Assembly: GCF_006345805.1 (NCBI RefSeq)
Contig: NC_043008.1
Coordinates: 64,666,001 to 64,730,000 of the forward strand
From: Octopus sinensis
Lineage: Eukaryota
Length of the DNA: 64,000 nt
Direction: 5' to 3'
In this document: positions 12,181-26,720 of the stretch, piece after piece
Position numbering within the stretch: the stretch's first letter is position 1
Layout: each line of letters opens with the position of its first letter
Notes under the pieces: generated by a model
Seen by the model: the letters and a program-made list of their open reading frames with translations, nothing else
Database searches by the model: none
Told to the model about the DNA's origin: nothing
Program-made: the position numbers and the translations under genes

Positions 12181-13589
12181 TATGTCTTTTCTGACACATT
12201 GTATATATTATTGCGTTATGCGTTCTGTTGTCTATAGGATGTGTCACACTGTATTATGTATTTCATCATGTATTCCGTCGTACATTTAATGTGTTATACT
12301 GTTAGTTGTGTCAATGTTTTGCTCTTTTTATGTGTATGCCTGTGTATGTTTCTATGCATGTGTACGTCTATGTATATTAGTATGGTTTTGTGTATGTCTG
12401 AGCATGTTACTGCTTGTCTGTGCGGCTAACTGTGCCCTCAGCGCAAAACAGCCATCGCCGAAAATTAATCTATTACCAAAACTGCTGCGCTAAGCTGTGT
12501 ACTCAATCACCGCCTTTCTTCTAGAAATAATGGTGACAGAATATTGAACCGCTGATGTTTGTGCTGAATAGACCAATATGCTATTGATTCGAAAGAAAAC
12601 AAGAACTCTCACTTTTATTAAGAGAACGAAAATATATTCATCTATAAAATTAGCCACAGCTTTATCAAAAACTATCAGTACCAAAAGCTATCATTATTCA
12701 ATTTTGTCATATTTCTTTCCATGTCGTTCAAAAAATTATAATTCTTTACTACCCAGAAGGCATATGGAAACAATACTTTTGAGATCGACTTTAACAAGAA
12801 TACTTTGCAAATATAAATTTTTTATTTGATTCTTAGTATTGTTTGTTTTCACATACAACATTTTCGCAATTGCTCCTAAAGATTCTCTACCTAGAATTTT
12901 CCTTCAGTCAGTTTAAATATTGATTTCTCTTTGTTAATTTTCTATTTGAAGAAAAAATACTTTTGCTTTAGGAAACATTTTGTCTGTTATGCACATTTTG
13001 TTGCATTTTCTTGCTTTTCTTTTTTTGTTAATTTTGTTTCTCTATAATTTTTTATGTTCCATCATGATTTTCTCTGTTTAAGCTTCAGAACGACAACAAC
13101 AACAACAACAAAAAAACGAAGTAAAAAGTAAACAATATAAATAAACTAACATGTAAGAGAAAATAATATGTAAGAGTAAGAACGTAAAAATTAAGCAAAT
13201 ATCAAGTAAAAATTAAGAACGCAAAAGAAAGCAAATTATTGGAAAGCCATTGTAACATCCATCCAGAATCCTTCGAATATTTAAATCATATTTGTGTAGG
13301 TGGAGTAGATAGTGCAAACGATGGAAATATATAAGAGAACTACAATATTGCTTGCTCCCACTCTCAACTCTCTCTATAATATATTTATATTGATATTATA
13401 CCTCTCTCTTCGCTCTCTCTCTCTTTCCCTTCTCAACTCTGTGTATATATCTTTCAATCTTTTTAACATTTCACATTTTCCTATTTTCTGTATCTCTTTC
13501 TCAACCTCTCACTCACTATCATTATAAATCCATTCATATGTACATATATGCACACATGCACATACTCACAATGCCCTTCCACACACAAA

Positions 13590-14090
<501 letters not shown>

Positions 14091-14702
14091 TATGAATATG
14101 TATTTATGCATATTATCTGTTCTCTCAGTCTCCTGTTTTCTCTCAATGTATGTGAAATAGTATGTATATTATTAATCTATGTATAAATTTATATACATTT
14201 CTCTCTCGACTGTCTCTATTTTTATTTATTTTATTGACAATTTTGTCTTTTTATCTACATGTTCGCGCATGTGTGTATACGCATGCATATATGAACATGT
14301 GGATTTGTGTGTGCTAAATATATTCAAGGTAGCAGTGACTTCAAGCATATACATTAGGTATCAAATATTTCAGCTCTTACTGTAGTGAGTGAAATCTTCA
14401 GCACTATATGTTTTTTTCTTTACTATGAATATGTATTGCATTTCATGGAACACTGAATATACAGCGCATCAGTCAATAAGGATTAGGAATACCGTCATAC
14501 AATGTCGAAATGTCTATATTATCTGTTGAATCCTTGTTTATCATTGTCATCTACAGGAACGTACACAACATCTCTCACACACACAAGCACATATAGACAC
14601 TTTCAAATAGCTTCGTTTCTTTTTCTTTCTCCATTAGTATTACATAAAACCACTCACACATATGATATATATATATAAGAGAGCGAGAGAGTTTCAGATT
14701 TT

Positions 14703-14893
14703 CGTACAAGGCTACCAGTTTATATCGGAGGTCGGTGGAATTTACCCCAGCATGTGGAAGGCACTTAATCTAATGACCATAGAAGGGTATAAGGCAAAGT
14801 TGATCACTGTGTAATATAAGCGCAGAACGTTATGAATTCGGACAAAGGCCACTGGGCATTTTGTCTGAAGCTCTAATGAAAATTCCATCTCGC
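14703..14893 (-). mobile_element. Old SINE B-related copy
   Basis: Degenerate match to B motifs (aaggcaaagttgatc, cagaacgt, gcattttgtc). Confidence 0.55.
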
Positions 14894-14910
14894 AAACTAC
14901 ATATACTATA

Positions 14911-15356
14911 GGCGTAGGAGTGGTTCTGTGGCAAATAGCTTGCTTACGAACCATAGTGTTCCGGGTTCAGTCCCACTGCGTGGCACATTGGGCAAGTGTC
15001 TTCTACTCTAGCCTCGGGCCGACCAAAGCCTTGTGAGTGGATTTGGTAGACGGAAACTGAAAGAAGCCCGTCGTATATATGTCTATATATATATATATAT
15101 GTATATATATGTGTGCCTGTATGTGTGTGTATATGTTTGTGTGTCTGTGTTTGTCTCGCCAACATCGCTTGACAACCGATGCTGGAATGTTTGCGTCCCC
15201 ATAAACTAGCGGTTCGGCAAAAGACACCGATAGAATAATTACTAGGCTTCCAAAGAATAAGTCCTGGGGTCGATTTGCTTGACTAAAGGCGGTGCTCCAG
15301 CATGGCCACAGTCACATGACTGAAACAAGTAAAAGAGTAAAAGAGCAAAAAGAGTA
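14911..15356 (+). mobile_element. SINE A, full length
   Basis: Same head, core, microsatellite and tail organisation as 6634-7070. Confidence 0.92.
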
Positions 15357-16869
15357 TAGGATATAACATATAAAACTTAGTATATATAGTTTGCCTGATG
15401 GCAGTTTCTTAAAGCTTCAGACATAACGCCCATCGGCATGTCTTCGAACTCATTACGTCAAATTCCGCCGTGGTCAACTTTGCCTTTTACCCGCCTTTGT
15501 CTATCTATATACAAAAGTGTAAATTTTGATAGATTGATAGAATGATAGAAAGATTAAATGAAACAGGTAAGTGTCCATTATAGTATTATTCAAATTGTTT
15601 AAACTTATGCTGAGCTAACACAAAAGTACTCAGTAAATAATTTACGGATAAATAAGATACTGTAGAACTACAACTGAGTCTAGGCGATAAAACAATAAAC
15701 CAGGATTAAGAATTGAAAATATGTTTTCGAAACGTGTATTGAATTAACTGTTACCAGAACATATCAATCATGAGGGTCTTTTTTTTTCTAGTTGAGCATA
15801 CATATAAACCAATCAACTGTCCTTTAGAAAAAACAAGAAAGACCTATGTTTGTATTATAGCTAAATATTTGTCATACACGGACTTTCCGTGAGGAATAAC
15901 GTAAATAGTCTGCATCCTGAAGGAGATCAAATTGAAACATAGTCGTCCTATACTTCATTCCTGGTTAAGAATTCATAGCACACATGGAAATCGACTGTGT
16001 ACACAATTTTTTTGTAGAAAGTAACACAGCCCCAGGAGTATTAAAGAGGAAATTAGACACGCAAAAATTCGATAAAACACTTTCCAGGTTGCCTAAACTT
16101 TCTCTAAAAAATTCAATATTTTTCAATAAATATTTTATGGTAAACAAAATACTTTACATCAGCGACATAATCTAGATTATAAAACATGAAACAGTTCAAA
16201 AAACGTCGAAATTTATTACACAAAACAGATGTATGTATTGTTATACATTATCTGGTTATAATGATTATGTCTTTCGACTATCGTGGGTGCACCTAACATG
16301 ATCAACCGATGTATAAATACATATCTACATTTAATCATTTCATACACACACATTTACACATAAATACATACATATTAGTGTCCCATAAATGTAAACTCAC
16401 ATAAATAATAGATATATTACTGCAACTTTTCAGTGTATAAAATGACTCCCAAAGAGACGTTGACACTGCAATGATACTATCATACTAGAGCTATACATGT
16501 ACATTCCTACATTGAAATATGCGAAGCTGTAGCACAGCCTATACCCAGATATTAAAATAAATACCTATATATATTGCTTCAGATATCACGCTTAATATTT
16601 CATCCGGTTATCAGTAGGTGGAAGAACATTTCTGGGCATGCTTTCTCTAGTCTCTAGCTTTTGGCCTATCATAAATTTAATGAGAGATGAAGCGAAGTAT
16701 ATATTTTTCCAAACGTTTATAGAGTATAAGGGACCAAACGAAAAAAAAAAAAAGATAGATAAATAGAATAAAGTAAGCGAAATGTATATTTGCATTTTCC
16801 TCGTCGGAGCAAATGTTAATTGACTAATATTTTAAATTTATATGGCGTTGAGCTTTAACATATCCTATA

Positions 16870-16880
16870 TATTATTATTA

Positions 16881-16941
<61 letters not shown>

Positions 16942-16949
16942 CATCATCA

Positions 16950-16983
<34 letters not shown>

Positions 16984-16998
16984 CATTATTATTATTAT

Positions 16999-17030
<32 letters not shown>

Positions 17031-17051
17031 ATGTTATTATTATTATTATTA
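16870..17051. repeat. (TAT)n/(CAT)n/(TGT)n trinucleotide microsatellite
   Basis: Direct read; source of the poly-Leu ORF at 16842. Confidence 0.95.
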
Positions 17052-17690
17052 CATAGGATGCTGTATCGTTTTAATATATGAAATGTACTTTATAACAATG
17101 TACACAGTAAACTCATGATATAGTCGATTCATAACAAATTCTTGTCTCAATAAATAAAGGATGATTGCCTTCACAGGTACCTATTCTAATAACTCCTTTT
17201 CATAATCACTCAGATCTTACGGACCAATGTCTGGAAAATCTTTTCTAAGATAGCTAATTTAACTTTAAACATACATTGATTGCATTTCTAGTGACATATG
17301 TGCACGACTAAAAGCGTACACGACACACACACACAAAATATGTGTATATATAAATTTATAAATACATATATAAATATATGTAGGTATTTGTACATGTATG
17401 TATGTAAAACTATATTTGAAACTGCATAAGAGACGACTTGGGTATGTTAAATAACCTTGTATTTATAGCGAATGAAGAAACCATAATAATATCTCTTCAT
17501 GTGGTTAACCTGTATTCAAACATACCGCGTGAAGATTGAATAGATGCAAATCATCTCTGAGCTAATAAATGTTCTCGTTTGTTACCAGCTATTTATTGAC
17601 GGGCTTCAATTCATAATATTAATTTTGACCAAATCACACATGCACATACACTGACACACACACACACACACATACACACACACAAAATAA

Positions 17691-18206
17691 CAAGGAACCC
17701 TAATTGGAAATATGTTAGCATCAACGAAGTAAATTTAGTAAAGGGATACCTTTAGATAAAATATATGGAAAATTGAGACAGAAATACGGAAACCACGGAA
17801 ACATGAGGCAATACGTTCAATTCTGTTAATTCATGCTACCAAAAACACACGCAAGTCAATATCCTGTGCAATATAAAAGAATATGAACCAACGTATGAAA
17901 TCCAAGATACCGAAAGGAAAGTCTAAGACTACAAAACGTTATTCTGATTAGAAGCTGTAATCCACTATCATTAACTAAAAAGGTCATAAAACGAGCTGTG
18001 GTAATTGATAACAGGGATTTACTAACTATTCAAGCAAAAAAAGGAACACTTATTTTATCATATTTTTCAACCCCCAACAATATAAAAGCCTTTCATATAT
18101 TTAATCAAAATTTACTACTCTTTAAACGTGACCCTAAATAATCTTACGAAAAAATACATTGAAAGCAAATAACGACCACATTCATTAAAGAAATATTTAA
18201 CAACTG
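17691..18206 (+). pseudogene. Degenerate Penelope-like retroelement RT/thumb remnant
   Basis: Frameshifted translation QGTLIGNMLAST / VNLVKGYL*IK / IYGKLRQKYG resembles the PLE RT motif GTAMGTxMAPxYANLxMGYLE. Later IESK*RPHSLKKYLTT resembles PLE IKSKRQPxNLKxLLT. Heavily deleted. Confidence 0.6.
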
Positions 18207-18621
18207 TCCAATTACCAACCAACTTTATACAAAACACGACTGTTAAAATTTGCAGAAGATCGGATCGTGGAATATATATTAATAAATCATAATGCTCTCA
18301 TTTTCGCTTAAAAATGGCGCAAAGTTTTTCAATACAAAATAACTTCACATTTCTGTAAGCTATTTCATGGTATGGATAAGACGAGCATTATTTGGGCCAA
18401 ACAAGTATATAAATTAAAAATACATATCGACTTACTGATAACAATAAGTACGTAAAATGAACTCTAGAAATTTTCGACTCAGTCACCAAGTTTAATATTT
18501 TTTCCATTTCATCGATATGCAGGAAACGTGACAGAACAATAAAGAATTGATTAAAAAGATTTTGTTTCATTAGAAAATATAAACCAAGACGATAATAATT
18601 TCGAATTCGTTTATCAATAAG

Positions 18622-19410
18622 TTTTTTGATAGAAAATCCGACCCACGCAAGACGAGAAGCCACTTGTGTTAAGGAACTATAAACGAGAAATTAAGATGAG
18701 AGGGATGAATTTACTTTAGACTTGAAAGTGTTCAGGTCATAAAAAGGGGAAAACAACGGGATGGAAGAGAGTCTGGCAGTTTGAGGAAGAAATCTAGAAC
18801 TGTAGAAATACTTCTTTATTGATGGAAGTATAACAGCATTTGGATAACGACGCTGTGAACATTGAATCAGGCGAGATGGGAGAAAGTGATTTGGAATTAA
18901 GAGAGAAAGTTTATCAGAGCAATTCCGGTGGTATTAACGATAGAAAAAAACTAAGATTGGCGACATCACATCGGTGTGACAAGGGTTGAAAAATTTAAGG
19001 CAAAAAAGGGACCACAGCATTTCATACAAGGACGAATTGTCGACTAGTAAAAATATAAAATAGCCTCGAATGTGAGGTAATCCATTGACCTATACAATGT
19101 TGTAACCTTACAGGAAGCAGACATGCCAATTGACAGTATGTAAGAACGCCAAGAAAGATCAGGTGAGAAAGACCCAGAAACTTCAGAGAGGACCTCAAAT
19201 CAAGTAGTTTGAGTTTCTAACCATATGACAACTCAGACAAATCACTCATTCAAATGAGAAGATAGATACCATGCTTCTTACTGAAAGATATGAGTTTGGT
19301 CTTGCCACGATTGAAAGTTACTAACCAATTCTTACCCCATTTCTTAACACCCTGTAGATCTATCTCAAAATTAGTAGCAGATTCCAACCATTTTAAGTGA
19401 GATAGATTGC
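18622..19410 (-). mobile_element. CR1-group non-LTR retrotransposon, 3' ORF2 remnant with tail
   Basis: Minus-strand peptides DLQGVKKWGKNWLVTFNRGKTK, SPDLSWRSYILSI..SCKVTTLYRS..ILYFY*STIRPCM, FQPLSHRCDVANLSFFYR and YDLNTFKSKVN; short A tail at about 18622-18627. Confidence 0.82.
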
Positions 19411-21355
19411 CGGGAAAACCAAGAATATATTTATAAAATATATTTTTCCATATTGTTTTGAATAGCTGAAGTGCAAATGTTTACATCCCTACTAAATGAA
19501 ATCCTAATAACACTCCATCCATTAACTTGCGAGCCTATAACAAGGGTAAAGACAACGATGGCTAGTAACAAGCCATTACGCACAATGCAATGACTATCTC
19601 ATTTATGAAGTGAAACTGGTTTGTAATTCTGCCCAATGGAATTTCTAATTATGTAGCTTTGAAATTGTATACTTTCGAATTTTTAATAATATATGTTGGA
19701 ATGATTTGAATGTAGAAATCTACTTTCGAATACGTAAACTTGAAATGACTTAATTTTAATTATGTATTTTGAATATGATACATTTTGCAATATATAATAT
19801 TGTATTTTGAAATAATTTGATCATGCTAATCTGATTTTGAATCGAATTTTAAAAGTATTGGATGACAATAATTTATTTTAGAAATAACTGCGATGTAAAA
19901 GGAATACTGCTTTTTATTATTCTTATGTTTACACACACACACACACAGACTCACACACATACACACTCACACACAAACATTTATAAAATTCTGATTTGGT
20001 CCTTAAATATCATCTATAAAAAATTCTCCTTTTATTATTATTTAATTGTCATGCGTAAGGATTATTGAAACAGCTGTAGGAAATGTATATAGATTGTAAT
20101 TAGTTTTGTTCCCTACAGCTGATTTATACTCTTCCTAATATGAATAACTTTCTACAAAAGTGTAAAATCTTGTCTCGTATTTCAATCAAAAGCCTAGTTT
20201 TGAGGTTTTGTGTTATCTCAAATGTTAGTCCTGTTTGTTGAAGTTGAATATGTTGTGTTGAAAGGTTTATGTTCCGGTTGTTTGTTTTATTTTCAATATA
20301 TCGTTCCCTCTGTGGACTAAAAAACCTCGCACCAGCATACCGCTTTGAAATCTATGATTTCCCATTTATACAAGTCACGCTAATCGGTTCACCACACACA
20401 CTTTCTATTGAAACGATTTGAATATTAGCTCTATGTCTCCATACGCAGATAAAAAAAGTTATTCTGTCTCTGATGAGAATAAAATCATATATAAATCCGA
20501 TCAGGTAGAACCAAATTTTATATTCGGAACATTACGTGTTTTATATTTGTCGCAATACAACACTGATTTCTAGTTGAAAGAAATTAATTCTGTACTAAAA
20601 GAGCCCATTCTGTGCCGATGGGTTACTGCGAATGAATCTTGATATATATAGGGCTGTTTCTTTTTTCTTGTTCTTCTAGTATGTAGCGTAAAAAAATTAC
20701 AAAAATGGCTTCAGAGATACAGAAGTGACAATATGAAAATAACTCATGTACTAATAGGAATTTATATTAGAAATAAAGTACTTGTTGATCAAAATAATCC
20801 GAAACAGGTACCAAATTGCAAAAAGATTACCGAGAGAGAATCCAAGAGGAAGAGGTCCAGTAATATACACAAATCTTTTACAGATAATAGACAATTACGA
20901 TTTTATTACTCGTAATATGAGATTATCTGCATAAGCGAATATCAATATATCAATAAACACCAATATTTTTGTTATCAGCTTTGAATTTGTTTTAGCATTC
21001 TTAATAATTTTAAAGATAATATGAAATAAATACAATTTGATTATAGTTATTTTTTCATTATATTTTCTTTAATATGTATGTATTATTTCTTGAAACGTTA
21101 TGTATTTTTTTTGTTTTTATGTGTTCGGTGAAGAAAATGGAGGAGATAACGGAAGAATGCATAGCAAAATAAGAACTGGATTTTTTCCTCAATACTTCAC
21201 CTTTTAGTTTATATTTCAACACCTTACCCCCAATTACCGTTACCCACGCAATTTAATATCAACAGAAAGAAAACTCTGTACGCTTAAACTCCAGATGGAC
21301 ACCTTCTTTAAGCGATAATTAATGACCCGGCGGATTTCTGCCTTGGAATATACTG

Positions 21356-21412
21356 ACGAATTAAATTGACAACGAATTAAAAATTGACAACGAATTAAAT
21401 TGACAACGAATT
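21356..21412. repeat. 16-18-bp minisatellite (ACGAATTAAATTGACA)x3.5
   Basis: Direct read; followed by a ttgaattg-gcaa-caattcaa hairpin at 21457-21476. Confidence 0.85.
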
Positions 21413-22070
21413 GCCTGATGACCAATTTGGTAGCGGCCAATGCAACCGACGATGGATTGAATTGGCAACAATTCAACTGATACCCCAGACCAACACTGCC
21501 AAGAACCATTATGCAATTGCTACAGAGTTATAAGGGACGACCTCTGAGAGGCGAATGTTCAGAAGAAATATAGTATAACACGAATAGTCCCTATAAAATA
21601 CAAATGGATAAGAGAAAGCACATTCAGAAACTCAGTACGAATATCTGAACTTCTCAATATTTAATTTTGCTTGGCGATGGTGTCATCTTTATTTTTCAAC
21701 TTTCCATATAGTTCTAATACATATCATCTATTGCTATTTATTCCATGTCGGGCATGGTCATGTTGTCCTTTGTTCAATGACATCCGAATGTTGACAACAT
21801 CAATATTTTAGTCGAATATTATTCAATGTATACATTGTTTTCTGCAGCCGTATTGCGTAATGTGACTGATATCTGTTTCATATTTCCACCAGATCAGGTA
21901 AACACACGGAGGTATCTTCATTGACGCAAAGAAATAACAATAATTACTTAAGTTTACTCGACCGATTATATCACATAAATTCAAGAATTGGTATATACTA
22001 CCTCAGGAAAAATGTAATCTCTGACAGCAATTTCTAGACAAAGAGTGTAAGTATCAATATGTATATATGA

Positions 22071-22260
22071 ATGTATGTATGTATGTATGTATGTATGTAT
22101 GTATGTATGTATGTATGTATGTATGTATGCATGCATGCATGTTTGTATGCGTGTATGTGTGTATGTATGTATGCATGCATGTTTGTATGCGTGTATATGT
22201 GCATGTGTGTACGTATGTATGTACGTAAGTTAGTATGTATGTTGTATGTATGTACGTACC
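22071..22260. repeat. (TATG)n microsatellite
   Basis: Direct read. Confidence 0.9.
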
Positions 22261-22273
22261 TACCTGCTTCCTG

Positions 22274-22304
<31 letters not shown>

Positions 22305-22965
22305 ATAATATATATATATATCACTCTTATATGTAATGAAGACCAGGCACACGTCCAATAGAAAAGTAATTTCCATGAACGCATCAAGACACTGTAACCC
22401 GAGGATATAGTTGAGATCCGGGAAGATATTTTAAGTACTGTCAAAGATAATAATACATTCGTACAGGAAATAAATCATCACTATGCTTATTATGCTATAA
22501 TTCCGTGCCGACATAATTGGGGGAACCGCCAGACTGTCTTTGAAAGTATCACAAAATCAGTTATTTTATAGCTTTATTCATTTTATTGAGGTTTGGGTGC
22601 TTCTTTTGTGGCAGAAAATTTAGGTTAATTATCTAGAAGGGAGCGTGTGAACTGTTGTAAAATACGGAATTAAAAAAGTAACAAATTGAATGAAGTCTTT
22701 GTTCGTTGAAGTCAGGTGAACTATTTATTGTAAAAGTTTCTTTACAAATGAACGTCTGTATTATTAGCTCTGGCAAATATATATCTCTAAGTGACATTTC
22801 TAAATAATAAATCGGCGATAATATTGGACCTTTCCTTTAGGGGTGGACAGAACTTGTCAAGTATCTTGCCATAGAAATCTGTCTTAACTAGCTATTTTTT
22901 GCCAGCCGATTCCTTCCGGATTCCGACATATTTGCTTGGACGTAATCAATTTCTGTCTTTATATA

Positions 22966-23034
<69 letters not shown>

Positions 23035-24122
23035 GACATGTGTGTGTTTGGGTGCTGGCCATTGTGTGTGGGCTTGTCTGTAGCTTTGTGTGTGTGTATG
23101 TGTGTGGTCTATGCAACTGTAAGTATGTTAGCGGTTGCCCTAATTGACTCGAGTCGGAAAAGCATTGTTGAGCTAAATGAAGGGAAGTTGTGAGATAGGT
23201 ATTGGAATTTTCCCTAATCACTAGAGAAATCTATTTCCTATGTTGGTTTATCGAATAACATCAAATTACCAAGACCATTTAAACAAAACTAGTTTTCGCA
23301 TACTTTCTAGAGAATTTAGCTGGCGGACAAATTTCAATTATTTACTGTTTCCCATTCATTGGAATTGTCGAAGACCCAGAATCCAATGCTAATACACAGA
23401 GAAGTCTATAAGATCAATATAAAATTCATTATAATTCCTTTAACAAGTCTCTTAAATTCAAATTATGTCAATTATCCGACATTTGCTCCGAGACAAATAA
23501 TACTAGCATGAATAAAAGACTTTACCTTTAGATGAAGCCATATTATGTTATGCCATATTAAAGTCGACCCTGGCCTGCATAAGTCAATTGTCTCAGTTAA
23601 TAATGATCTCATATATTGGCATTTATCCTGCTACTTTTGTACGAGAAGGAAAGAGGAAGTTGACACGTTTATAGCTATTTCTATGGTTTTAACGAGGTAC
23701 TACAAATGTATGTTTGAAGCTATGCATCGAAACCGAGTCGGGGAATTTCCGCCGGGATTTCTTATATCTTACCATACCCAATATACAATTATGGTCGTGG
23801 TCAACATATCTATTGAATTTCGAGTTATTATTATTTTATTTATCTGATGTAATATTTGATAAATGAAAATAACTTGGTTCCGAAATTAGAGAGATTATTC
23901 ATAGCGGTTTGATGATTAGTACAATTCACAAATATCCAAGGAAACGCACGTGGAGAAATGATAACTGCAGAAGAAATTAATTTCCTGTGACTATTACCGA
24001 CGAACGTCAAATGAAAATATCTTTAAGTGAGAATAAAAAAAAAACAGAACATAGGATCGATTCTCGTCTGAGAAGACTGCATCCTACACTGTTAAATAAA
24101 TATTCCATATGCACATTCATAT

Positions 24123-24474
24123 TTGTGTGGCTAAGATGCTCACTTTGCAAACATAAAGCTTCGAGTTCAATTCAGTTGCACGGCACACACACAACCACAC
24201 ACACACATACATGCATATACATGTATGTTTATATGTATATATTTATATTTATATTTATAACTGTGCATATGTGTACCTCCTTGTTTTTGTATGTTCAATC
24301 TTTCCATGTTTTGACAATAACTGGCGCTGGTTTCTTTATGAGCAAGTAACTTAGCAGTTCGGCAAAAGAACGATATAATAAGTACCAGACTTTTAAGATA
24401 GAACCCGGATCAATTTTCCCCACTAAACTGACTCGTTAGGGCCGCCTTCCAATGAGTAGAAGCAGTAAAAGATA
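24123..24474 (+). mobile_element. Old SINE A-related copy
   Basis: Degenerate head (tgtgtggctaag..gagttcaattc), gtaacttagcagttcggcaaaaga, ataagtaccag and tail gtaaaagata. Confidence 0.6.
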
Positions 24475-25831
24475 ATTCTTACATTATTTTAAAATACATT
24501 TATTTAAAATGCTCTGAACGATATCAAAACAAAAGGCTCAGTTAAACAAATTAAATGGTAAGTGAAACCGGCATAATTTATTACAAATATCCGTCGTTGT
24601 ACAGATCTCAAACAACCAAAACTGTTTTTCTTGGATTACAATTGTCTATTATTAAATTATAATTGAGGCAATCAATGGAAAACAGTTGTTTGGTAGCACA
24701 ATGTACGCAGCGAATTGAATTTCAACGAATTTCAACATTTAAGAGAAGCGTAAGGCCTCCCATTTGAAGAATAACTGTAGGTGATTAATTCGACACGTAC
24801 AATTTGCCGGTTCTTCTTTTATAAAAGTTTGCAGAAGGAAAACAAGTTCAGCCTGGAAAAGATTTCAATTGAGAATGAGGAGGGACATTACTATTCAACA
24901 GTTATATTACACCTCAAAGTATTAAAGAATCTGACGGATTCTAAGGTTAAAGGAAAGAAATTAATAATGGGATTTTTGTAAGTTGCAGAATTAAAATTCC
25001 ATAAATCAAAACAATAGACAATATCAATTCTTATAAATTTTCAAGCATTTAAAGAAAAACAAAAAAGAAAGCAAGATCACTTGATTTCTGAGGGCATCAA
25101 ATGGGAAAAAAATGAAAATAACGCAACCTGCTGAAGATATTATATCTTAATCATGTTGACCTACATATACAGTATGGCCGTATGGGTAAGATATTCTTTT
25201 CGAAATACAAACGAATTCAAACTCCTCACACAACAGTTTAGTTAAGTATCTTCTATAGCCATGGACTGAATTAAAACTTGTGGGGGAAATCATAAGATCG
25301 AAAATGCACAGAAGCCGTTGTATGGACTGCGCGTCCAATACAAAGGGTCAGAGTAATTTTATATGGTATCACGCTGAATTTGTCTTAAGATTATGTACAG
25401 TCTTCATGTCTTGGTGAAATAGTGTATCATCCACATTATAATACAAAGTGAATATTATACATTTGATCAAATAGTTGGATCACAAATACTGAAAATCAAC
25501 GTAGATTTTATTGAATCAAGTAAAATAAATGATATATGATCATTTTCTTAATATATTTGTTGCTATTGCTATTTTCATGTTCCACGTCAGACCTCGTCTT
25601 ATGGAGTTATGAGCAAAAGCTTTCCAGATATGAACAAAACTTCGCCAGCTATGACAAGCAATCCATACTTACTCATATTCTGACATCTAAGTCTGCATTG
25701 TCTAAAGTTTCAATTTTTTTTTAAACAGATGGATGTTAAATGGGTGAAATTTGACTGCTATTTCTAGCCAGACGAACGATCATGTAAAAGTTCCTTTGTT
25801 GACTTATACGCTCAATATATGTTAGTATAAA

Positions 25832-26208
25832 GGCGGTGAGCTGGCAGAAACGTTAGCACGTCGGACGGAATGCCTAGCGGTATTTCGTCTTTCGCTACGT
25901 TCAAATTCCGTGGAGGTTGACTTTGCCTTTCATCCTTTCGGGGTCGATTAAATAAGTACCAGTTACGCACTGGGGTCGATATAATCGACTTAATCTGTTT
26001 GTCTGTCTTTGTTTGTCCCCTCTGTGTAGCCGCTTGTGGGCAGTAAAGAAATAAGAAACATTACCGCGTTTCAAATTCCACCGAGGTTGACTTTACCTTT
26101 TATCCTTTCGTGGTCGACAATTTAAGTACCTGTTACGTACTGGGGTCGATCTAATCCACTGCCCCCGCCTAAAAAAATGCAGGCCTTGTGCCTAGAGTAG
26201 ATGAGAAT
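25832..26208 (+). mobile_element. SINE family B, dimeric, second unit with an alternative tail
   Basis: Head ggcggtgagctggcagaaacgttagc, B-box gttcaaattcc, central gactttgcctttcatcctttcggggtcgat..aagtacc repeated twice. The second unit ends caggccttgtgcctagagtaga. Confidence 0.9.
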
Positions 26209-26571
26209 ATTATTCATACCTCACTTTATATATCCGCTCTTATTTTCTCTCTTTTTTCTTTCTCTCTCTCCTATCCCTATCTTTGTCCTCCTCTATATAC
26301 ATAATCATCATCCTAACTTACTGCTATGACCATATATATCGAAATATTTCTAGAAACTTCTTCATATTTTGAAATATAACTTAGGAAGGTCTTACGAAAT
26401 CATTGCATATACAACTATTATTTATCATGGGACTATTATTTATCATGCAGAGCTAAAACGTACGTATTAAAGGATATCTAACACTTCAAATTCCACTTAC
26501 GCTACTAATATCCAACAAGGATTTGAAGTAGTTTGTTACATTTGACTCGAGTCGAACATTCTGGTACGAAA

Positions 26572-26609
26572 TACACACACACACACACACGCACACACAC
26601 ATACACACA

Positions 26610-26649
<40 letters not shown>

Positions 26650-26660
26650 CATACACACAC

Positions 26661-26712
<52 letters not shown>

Positions 26713-26720
26713 CTCTCTCT
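26572..26720. repeat. (CA)n(CT)n microsatellite
   Basis: Direct read. Confidence 0.95.

Noticed and set aside
15003-15227. Recurrent peptides such as GFFQFPSTKSTHKALVGPRL
   Set aside because: Antisense translations of SINE A, not a protein family.
15540-15573. Strong splice donor CAG|GTAAGT (also at about 11461 and 24556)
   Set aside because: Isolated consensus matches are expected by chance; there is no coherent exon chain.
20468-20510. CTGATGA hammerhead candidate (also 2946, 10417, 33555, 37853, 38211, 62484)
   Set aside because: No correctly placed GAAA, GUH and stem I.
21356-21412. CRISPR-like array
   Set aside because: The repeats are contiguous without spacers, the context is eukaryotic, and there are no cas genes.
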